Shown here one piece after another: positions 58,006 to 64,000 of a stretch of DNA of 64,000 nt (position 1 is the first letter of the stretch; each line of letters starts with the position of its first letter). The notes beneath the pieces are model-generated. The model was given only the letters and a program-made list of their open reading frames with translations. It was not told the origin of the DNA and searched no databases. Source of the stretch: a virus; the IMG/VR virus record IMGVR_UViG_3300020392_000004. The stretch is one strand, 5' to 3'. The translations under genes were made by a program, and so were the position numbers.

Positions 58006-59310
58006 TTACAGAATATTGCTAACAGCCATTTTTCTGTAGTATTGGTTAGTTCCAGCACTTGCTAAACCGTCAGAAGGTGTTGAACCTACGAATGGATTAG
58101 AAACCATACCATATCTAGTTTTGAAACCGATTTTTGGTTGGAAAGTGTTTTCGCCAACTGCTCTCACCATTTGTAGTGGAACATATGGGCAATAGAACAT
58201 ACCAGCGTCATAAGGATTACTTCCTCTATAACCAACAGTCATGTAATCAACACCAGCATATGGGTCGATGTAGACTTTAACTCTTCCGTTTAGGACACCA
58301 GCAAATGTATTACCTGTGTCGTCAACATTGATGTTAGTGTTAAGAGCTGGAGTGTAATCTAATACACCAGCCATTGAAAGTGCAGATGCAACATCAGAAG
58401 AACAAAGAATAAAGTTTCCTTTACCCCTTCTTGTTTCTTTTGCAATTACATTTGATTCTCTTTCAATTTGGAATAATAAACCTTTAAACTTCTCTACAGA
58501 CCATCTTCCGTTTGCATCAACATCAAGGTTAAATGTTCCAGCAGAAGCAGTTGCTGACGCACCTGTTTTTGCTTGTAAGTTAACATTTCTTACAACTTCT
58601 CTGTTGATTTCAGCAAGAATTTCTGATGATAGAATGTTTGCTAGTTCTGATTCTGCATCAAGACCGTGGATTGCTTTGAGGTCTTGTGCTAATTCTAATG
58701 TATACTCTGCTTTGAGTGCTCTTGACTTTGCTGTCACAGTCGCTTTCTCAATAGTGAAAGACATCTGTGCAAAGTGGTTCCCAGCTGCATCACCTAAACT
58801 CTCTGCATTTGCAGTAGACATACCACTACCTGTAGTAGATGAGTATGAAGGTGAAGATGTATCAAATGGGTCACCGATTGGGTCTGAACCCGCAGGGCCT
58901 GCTGTTGGGTCTGCACTACCTGAATAGTCTGAACGAGCTTCATTAAATAAAGCTTCTGAATTGTTCAGTCTTGTTTCTGTTGGGTAGTCATTGTATCTTG
59001 CTTTCATAGCAAAGATAAGACCTGTTGGGCCTGTCATTGGTTGAACACCGCAAATGTCGTATGCAACGAGATTTGGCATAGCTCTTCGAACTAGGGATAT
59101 TAATATTGGATCCCAGTTAGATATTGAGCTACCAGTAGAGTTTAAAGGTGCAGCTTCCTCAAGAGTTGCTCTATCTTCGTTAAGAGCTTTTTCTTGGTTT
59201 TCAAGTATAACTGCTGTGACTGCCTTCTTGTAGTTGTCTTCGATTTTTGGTAAATCGGAGTGTTCTAGAATAGGCTCCCACTTCTCTTGTAAGTTTTCTG
59301 ATAAAAACAT
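58006..59310 (-). CDS. gp23: major capsid protein (gp23-like)
   Basis: LISLVRR, GVQPMTGPTGLIFA, ELAQDLKAIHGLDAE, FQPKIGFKTRYG. Confidence 0.99.
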   Translation of the reverse strand: MFLSENLQEKWEPILEHSDLPKIEDNYKKAVTAVILENQEKALNEDRATLEEAAPLNSTGSSISNWDPILISLVRRAMPNLVAYDICGVQPMTGPTGLIFAMKARYNDYPTETRLNNSEALFNEARSDYSGSADPTAGPAGSDPIGDPFDTSSPSYSSTTGSGMSTANAESLGDAAGNHFAQMSFTIEKATVTAKSRALKAEYTLELAQDLKAIHGLDAESELANILSSEILAEINREVVRNVNLQAKTGASATASAGTFNLDVDANGRWSVEKFKGLLFQIERESNVIAKETRRGKGNFILCSSDVASALSMAGVLDYTPALNTNINVDDTGNTFAGVLNGRVKVYIDPYAGVDYMTVGYRGSNPYDAGMFYCPYVPLQMVRAVGENTFQPKIGFKTRYGMVSNPFVGSTPSDGLASAGTNQYYRKMAVSNIL

Positions 59311-59329
59311 TTTACAGTTCCCCTTTAAA

Positions 59330-60703
59330 TTAACCTAATGGTTTTAGTTTAGTTAAAGCTTCGGAATACCTAGCAATTGAAGGGTCTAAAACCTTCTCTT
59401 CGTCAGAAGAAAATTCTCCAGTTCCTTCTTCTTGCTTGGTTTCCTCGGCAATAGACTCACCGTCTACAGAGAAATAAGCTTCTTTAATTTCTGCAACTTT
59501 CTCTTCGAAATCTGCTTCGTCTGTGAAGTCTATCCCTTTAGATAGTGAAATCAATTTTTCTCGTTGTGATTCAGTTAGGTCTTCACCTGCTTGTTTCACA
59601 ACATTGTCTCTCTTTAATGAACCTAACTCTTCTGTGATGTCCATATTTTTTTGAACTTCACCGTCAAGTTTTGCTTCCATTTCTTCGAGACGATTTGCGA
59701 GTTCGTCAACGACATTATACTTATCTTCGGGGACTTCAACATAATGTTCTACGAACAATGTTTTTAATCCTTCGATAAAGTTTTCTGTCATTTCAGACCT
59801 CAAACCTCTTTCTATTGCAAGTTCGTTTTCTTTCGACCACTCTTCAGCAACATAAGATAGATATTTGTCAACGGCTTCTGATAAGTCACCTTTAACTTTT
59901 TCTATCGAGGTTTTTAATTCTTCTGAATATTGAGATTCCAGTTGTTCTTTAATCTCTTCAACTTTGCTTGTGACAGCAGCTTTGAAGATTGTTTTTGCTT
60001 TTTCTGAATTCTCTTCTGATAATTCTAGTGCTTCTGAAATTTTTGATAGGTCGTCATCTATTTCAATTTCAACTAATGAAGATTCGAGTTCAGCAGAAGT
60101 TTCTTCGTCAACGGCTTCAGATTTGACTGACTCTTCCTTTTCGTCATCGTCATCGTCATCATCTTCTTCTTCGTCTTCCATTCCGTATCCTTCTACGAAT
60201 TTTGCAACATCTTCTTGAGACATTGCCTTCAAACTTTCTACTACTTTTCTTGCGACTTCTGCTTTAGTCAAGGATTCATCGACCTCTTCGTCCTCTTCTG
60301 ACAATGAAGCGAGCATTTCTTTAATACTTGCTTTGTCTAGACCTTTCATCTTGTCGACTACTGCCTTGATATTTTCCATCTTGGAAGTTGTTGATTCATC
60401 TACTTTAGACTCTTCTTCACCTTCTTTGAGTTTCCCACCTTTTTCAGCAGGTGCTGCACCTTTCTTCTGCGCGTCCCCTTCGTTAGAAGGAGCTTTCTCT
60501 GCAGCTTTAACAGATGCTACGGCTTTGTCAACAGGATTTTCTTCAGGCTTGACGACTTCAGCCTTGCCAGATTCAATTTTCTCGGCATCGGATGAACCTT
60601 GTTTAACAGCAGATTTATCGCCCTGTTCTGCACCGTCATGTGGTTGCTTAACTTCAGCAACAACTTCTTCGGTGTTTTCCACTTGGTTTTCTAAATCTGA
60701 CAT
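59330..60703 (-). CDS. gp22: prohead core scaffold protein (gp22-like)
   Basis: KAKTIFKAAV, VDKYLSYVAEEW, acidic; between gp21 and gp23. Confidence 0.93.
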   Translation of the reverse strand: MSDLENQVENTEEVVAEVKQPHDGAEQGDKSAVKQGSSDAEKIESGKAEVVKPEENPVDKAVASVKAAEKAPSNEGDAQKKGAAPAEKGGKLKEGEEESKVDESTTSKMENIKAVVDKMKGLDKASIKEMLASLSEEDEEVDESLTKAEVARKVVESLKAMSQEDVAKFVEGYGMEDEEEDDDDDDDEKEESVKSEAVDEETSAELESSLVEIEIDDDLSKISEALELSEENSEKAKTIFKAAVTSKVEEIKEQLESQYSEELKTSIEKVKGDLSEAVDKYLSYVAEEWSKENELAIERGLRSEMTENFIEGLKTLFVEHYVEVPEDKYNVVDELANRLEEMEAKLDGEVQKNMDITEELGSLKRDNVVKQAGEDLTESQREKLISLSKGIDFTDEADFEEKVAEIKEAYFSVDGESIAEETKQEEGTGEFSSDEEKVLDPSIARYSEALTKLKPLG

Positions 60704-60750
60704 AAATTTCTCCTGTTTATGTAATTATTGATTACTTTTTTATTTATATG

Positions 60751-61404
60751 TTAAAGGCTTTCAACAAACCTTTTCCATAGGTTCAATTTGGTTTCTTGAA
60801 GTTTATTTAACCTTGCAGACTTTAATTCTTTCTGCATTTGGTCAATATCATAAGCTTTCAATCTACCGTTTTCATAAATCCATTCTACACCTTCCATAAT
60901 ACCTTCTACGAAAGCTTCGGGTGCAGACGGGTCTGCAACGATATCACCTGCTGTTGCAAGTTGAAAATCGTCTTTTACATACTGTGCATTTCCTTTAGAT
61001 TCTAGTGAACCTAGACCTCTAGAAGAAACACCCAGTTTTGCACCATCATCTATCAAATTTTTTACTATTTGACCGTTTGGTGTTGATAAAATCTTTGCTC
61101 TCCCAACGAAATTGTTTCCATCTTCTTCTAATTTCGTAATTAAATGGGATACTTTGTCTAAATTGATTGTTGGCCCTTCGGGGTGTCCTAACTCTCCGAA
61201 TGCTCTATCTTTGTTTACGAACTCTTTGTTATACCTTTTTACTTCGTTCTGTATAACTTCTTTAGGGTATATACGACCATTTCGATTTTTAATCTCTGAT
61301 TGCATAAAGATACCCTCGATAAAATAATCTTTTTTACCGTCTTTGTTTTCCTCGACTATTACGGGACTTACCCCGTAGTCATTAAATTCAGAAATTAATT
61401 TCAT
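60751..61404 (-). CDS. gp21: prohead protease (gp21-like)
   Basis: NRNGRIYP, GELGHP, GVSSRGLGS, DIVADPSAP. Confidence 0.97.
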   Translation of the reverse strand: MKLISEFNDYGVSPVIVEENKDGKKDYFIEGIFMQSEIKNRNGRIYPKEVIQNEVKRYNKEFVNKDRAFGELGHPEGPTINLDKVSHLITKLEEDGNNFVGRAKILSTPNGQIVKNLIDDGAKLGVSSRGLGSLESKGNAQYVKDDFQLATAGDIVADPSAPEAFVEGIMEGVEWIYENGRLKAYDIDQMQKELKSARLNKLQETKLNLWKRFVESL

Positions 61405-61681
61405 TTGTTATTTCCTCTATCGATATTCCTTCTTCGGACATGTCTACTAACATATTCTTCACTGCTTTCATACCGACTTTTAAGGACTCTGTGTCCTCGA
61501 AGGTTTCTTGTATCTCTTGTCCGTTTAGAAATACTGTGATACCTTCATCACATTCTGTGTATACAATATTTATACTTTCTTCACCTATTTTGAAGATTTC
61601 TCTTTTGAGTTCTATATGTCCCTCGGGAACCATGAATCTAGATTCATGCAACTCTTGAGATATTTCAGAAAAGGTTCTCAC
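61388..61681 (-). CDS. putative prohead core protein (gp68 position)
   Basis: GTG start overlapping upstream stop; synteny only. Confidence 0.55.
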   Translation of the reverse strand: MRTFSEISQELHESRFMVPEGHIELKREIFKIGEESINIVYTECDEGITVFLNGQEIQETFEDTESLKVGMKAVKNMLVDMSEEGISIEEITNEINF

Positions 61682-61857
61682 TTTTCTACTTCACCTGTTG
61701 AAGTATTATTATCCATCCAGTTAACACTCTTTTCTACTCTTTTCATGTCAACCACTTCTGCAGCTTTCTGTTTGATACCGTCAAAGATTTCACTCTTTGC
61801 TTGTTCTAACTTTCCTGCCTCAATACTATCAACTATTTTATCTGATATTTCACTCAT
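61678..61857 (-). CDS. putative prohead core protein (gp67-like, 59 aa, not in ORF track)
   Basis: MSEISDKIVDSIEAGKLEQAKSEIF...; immediately after portal. Confidence 0.7.
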   Translation of the reverse strand: MSEISDKIVDSIEAGKLEQAKSEIFDGIKQKAAEVVDMKRVEKSVNWMDNNTSTGEVEK

Positions 61858-61859
61858 TT

Positions 61860-63407
61860 CTAAAAGCCTCCAAAGCTATTTCCATCGTCTTCTTCTCCAC
61901 CTTCCTCATTGTCACCCTCTCCTTCTTTAGAGATTTGTTTGTCAATGAGTTTGATTTCGTCTTCCGACTGGTGTAGGACATACTTTCTAACATATTCGTT
62001 TGAATAGTATTTACCTACATAATCACCTATTGCACCAAGAGTATCTAATCTCTCTCTCAATATCTCTGCTTCCTTCAACTCTGTAAAGTGGTTGTCGGTT
62101 GCAAAATCAAAATAGAAGAAGTCCTTTATCTTATCGAACTCTTCTCCATTTACAATATTCTTAAGAACTAATTGTGTCTTAAGGATATCTATAAATGTTC
62201 TTGCAAACTTTGCCTGTAATCTTTGAGTGAACTTATTAAATTTAAGTTCGTCTCTTGAGATTTCTGAAGCACGACCCATGTTAAATCCATTGTCAGCTTC
62301 TAATCTCGTTGCAGGCACATTTAATGACTGATATAACTTCTTCTTGAAGTATTCTATATCGTCAATATCTGCAAGGTTCTGTCCGCCTGGAAGTGTAGTA
62401 ATCTCTGTTCCACGACCACCTTCTCTTCTAGGCAACCAAAAATCTTCAAGCATAGACATGTGTTTTCTATCATCTTTGATTTCACCTGTCTGTGCATTAT
62501 AAACAAGTTTATTTCTATACTTGTTCATTACATCTGCAAGATATTGTTCTGCTTTTGCTTTTGGCAAGTTTCCAACATCAATATAGAAGATTCTTCTTTC
62601 AGGAGCTCTTGATATCCTGTAGATAACAAGTGCATCTTCCATCATCGATAACTGGTTTGCAGTCTTCAATGCCTTATGCAGATATCCAACTACTACATTC
62701 TTTGTGTAGTCTAGAAGGCCACTAGTAGTGTATGAGACGGCTTCAGGTGCAATTCTTACGGTATTACCGTCTGTTGCACTAGATTTGTCAAATCCTTTGT
62801 CATTGAAGACATAGAACTCTTCAATCTTCTCAACTCGTTCTATCTTTGTCTTTGGGTCTTTACCCTTTTCGACATTTCTAACCTTCTTAATTTTAAGTGG
62901 GTCTATGATTCTTAAATCAACCACACCTAAATTAGGTCGTTTGCTATCAACGACCTTATGGAAGTATATCCTTCCATCTACATACCACTTTCTGAATATT
63001 TCATGAGAGTTCTGATTGAACTTCATTAAAGATAAGATATGATTGAACTCGGTGTGTATCTTTTTCTTGATTTTATCAGAGAGATTCACATCTCTCAAAT
63101 CGAGTGTCACAATCTTATCGGAAACATCAGCAGTGATACACTCATTCACGATATCTTCTATCGCAGAGTCACATTCGGGGACTAATGATATCTCACGGTA
63201 TCTACGAATGAGTTCTGCCTCATTCTTGATACCACCTTCCATATCAACATACGCACCATATGCTCCGCCAGATATATACCCAGCTTGTTGTTGAATGACG
63301 GGAGTGCCATCATCGTCAACAGGAGGCACAAACGACTTTGCAGTCTGTGTCTCCTTGACTCTTAACTCGTCTTTCTTACGAGTTATTTCAAACCCAAATA
63401 TTTCCAT
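61860..63407 (-). CDS. gp20: portal protein (gp20-like)
   Basis: WYVDGR, YRISRAPERRIFYIDVG, EDFWLPRREGGRGTEI. Confidence 0.98.
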   Translation of the reverse strand: MEIFGFEITRKKDELRVKETQTAKSFVPPVDDDGTPVIQQQAGYISGGAYGAYVDMEGGIKNEAELIRRYREISLVPECDSAIEDIVNECITADVSDKIVTLDLRDVNLSDKIKKKIHTEFNHILSLMKFNQNSHEIFRKWYVDGRIYFHKVVDSKRPNLGVVDLRIIDPLKIKKVRNVEKGKDPKTKIERVEKIEEFYVFNDKGFDKSSATDGNTVRIAPEAVSYTTSGLLDYTKNVVVGYLHKALKTANQLSMMEDALVIYRISRAPERRIFYIDVGNLPKAKAEQYLADVMNKYRNKLVYNAQTGEIKDDRKHMSMLEDFWLPRREGGRGTEITTLPGGQNLADIDDIEYFKKKLYQSLNVPATRLEADNGFNMGRASEISRDELKFNKFTQRLQAKFARTFIDILKTQLVLKNIVNGEEFDKIKDFFYFDFATDNHFTELKEAEILRERLDTLGAIGDYVGKYYSNEYVRKYVLHQSEDEIKLIDKQISKEGEGDNEEGGEEDDGNSFGGF

Positions 63408-63412
63408 AATAT

Positions 63413-63420
63413 TATTTAGT
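63413..63420 (-). promoter_or_regulatory. late promoter (ACTAAATA)
   Basis: 5 nt before portal ATG. Confidence 0.7.
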
Positions 63421-63449
63421 CTCCCCTAAAGGAGTCTTTTTCACTCGGG

Positions 63450-63947
63450 TTAAACGACTCTTTCCCAGTGAGAATATGTGAAGTCAACTGTAAACTCCTC
63501 TAATGCATCTACTGTTTCGTAATTTAAGTCGATAGCAGCGATGTTTTTAGGGAACATGTTGAAGAATTCATATCTCGCTAGAACTGCGTCATCTTTACCC
63601 AGTTGTTCTACAAAAGCTCTAGATAGTAAGTAATCATTACTTGCCATACCTACACCTGAATCAAGCTCTTGAATATCCTGTTGCCAAGCCTCTAATGCTG
63701 ACCTCGCAGAAAATTCTGAATCATTGATTATGGTCACTGACCAATCTTCAAATGTTCTATCTCCTGCTAATTTAAGATTGTGTCCTCTGAAAGGAACGAT
63801 AATCTCACCTAGGGTTGCAGCTGGAACCTGTGCAGCTTTACAAAGGAACTCAATCCTTTGACCACTACGAGGAATGAAAACTTTAAATCGGTTAGGTCTT
63901 GGGCCTCCTCCGATTAATTGTGCTTTAAATTCATCTATTGTTGCCAT
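63450..63947 (-). CDS. gp19: tail tube protein (gp19-like)
   Basis: GGPRPNRF, AGDRTFEDW, FP...IDL. Confidence 0.95.
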   Translation of the reverse strand: MATIDEFKAQLIGGGPRPNRFKVFIPRSGQRIEFLCKAAQVPAATLGEIIVPFRGHNLKLAGDRTFEDWSVTIINDSEFSARSALEAWQQDIQELDSGVGMASNDYLLSRAFVEQLGKDDAVLARYEFFNMFPKNIAAIDLNYETVDALEEFTVDFTYSHWERVV

Positions 63948-63957
63948 TCTTTACTCC

Positions 63958-64000
63958 TTAAACTGCTCCGTAGATTTCTTCAAACTCGACTCCTGACCTT
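63958..64000 (-). CDS. gp18: tail sheath protein C-terminus (gp18-like, partial)
   Basis: ...RSGVEFEEIYGAV* directly upstream of tail tube. Confidence 0.8.
   Translation of the reverse strand, partial: RSGVEFEEIYGAV

Noticed and set aside
60140-60180. TCG/TCA/TCT triplet-like repeat
   Set aside because: Encodes the acidic Asp/Glu tract of the scaffold protein; not an independent repeat element
82-63294. All plus-strand ORFs in the track (e.g. 4891-5508, 22759-23385, 11882-12334)
   Set aside because: They are antisense shadows of well-supported minus-strand genes, Ser/Phe/Leu-rich, with no recognisable motifs
63421-63434. Small hairpin upstream of the portal gene as a named RNA motif
   Set aside because: Only a 5-bp stem and it lies upstream of the late promoter; cannot be assigned without a covariance search
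1-64000. tRNA genes, CRISPR arrays, introns, inteins, transposases
   Set aside because: No cloverleaf or repeat-spacer pattern seen; nrdA, gp43, gp41, uvsW and gp20 are of normal length and uninterrupted

Overview
A 64-kb segment of an AT-rich T4-like myophage genome, most likely marine and infecting a heterotrophic proteobacterium. All real genes are on the minus strand. In transcription order (right to left): tail sheath end, tube, portal, prohead core, protease, scaffold and major capsid (gp18-gp23); gp3, uvsY, uvsW; a chain of micro membrane peptides plus alternative oxidase; gp55, gp47, gp46; def; CobT/CobS-like pair; clamp, clamp loader and regA; a curli-like secretion / FecR / CHASE2 adenylate cyclase operon; hsp20 and peroxiredoxin; a DNA-modification cassette; lysozyme, gp43, iscU, uvsX, gp41; a ~12-kb late cluster of probable protease-processed internal head proteins; primase, nrdA, nrdB. 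The strongest candidate for a new system is the cassette at 26.3-29.6 kb: C5-cytosine methyltransferase + TET/JBP dioxygenase + PD-(D/E)XK nuclease + P-loop kinase, with no adjacent glycosyltransferase. It is matched by a window-wide sequence signature: restriction-like motifs (CCWGG, CCAGA, GGNCC) persist almost only where they overlap 5'-GC/GCC, while GATC, GTAC, ACGT, CCGG and GGWCC appear essentially absent. Other points of note: pervasive predicted leaderless mRNAs, a ROSE-like thermometer on hsp20, structured intergenic RNAs, and a probable overprinted gene. All calls come from motif recognition by eye; motif counts are manual and need computational confirmation.
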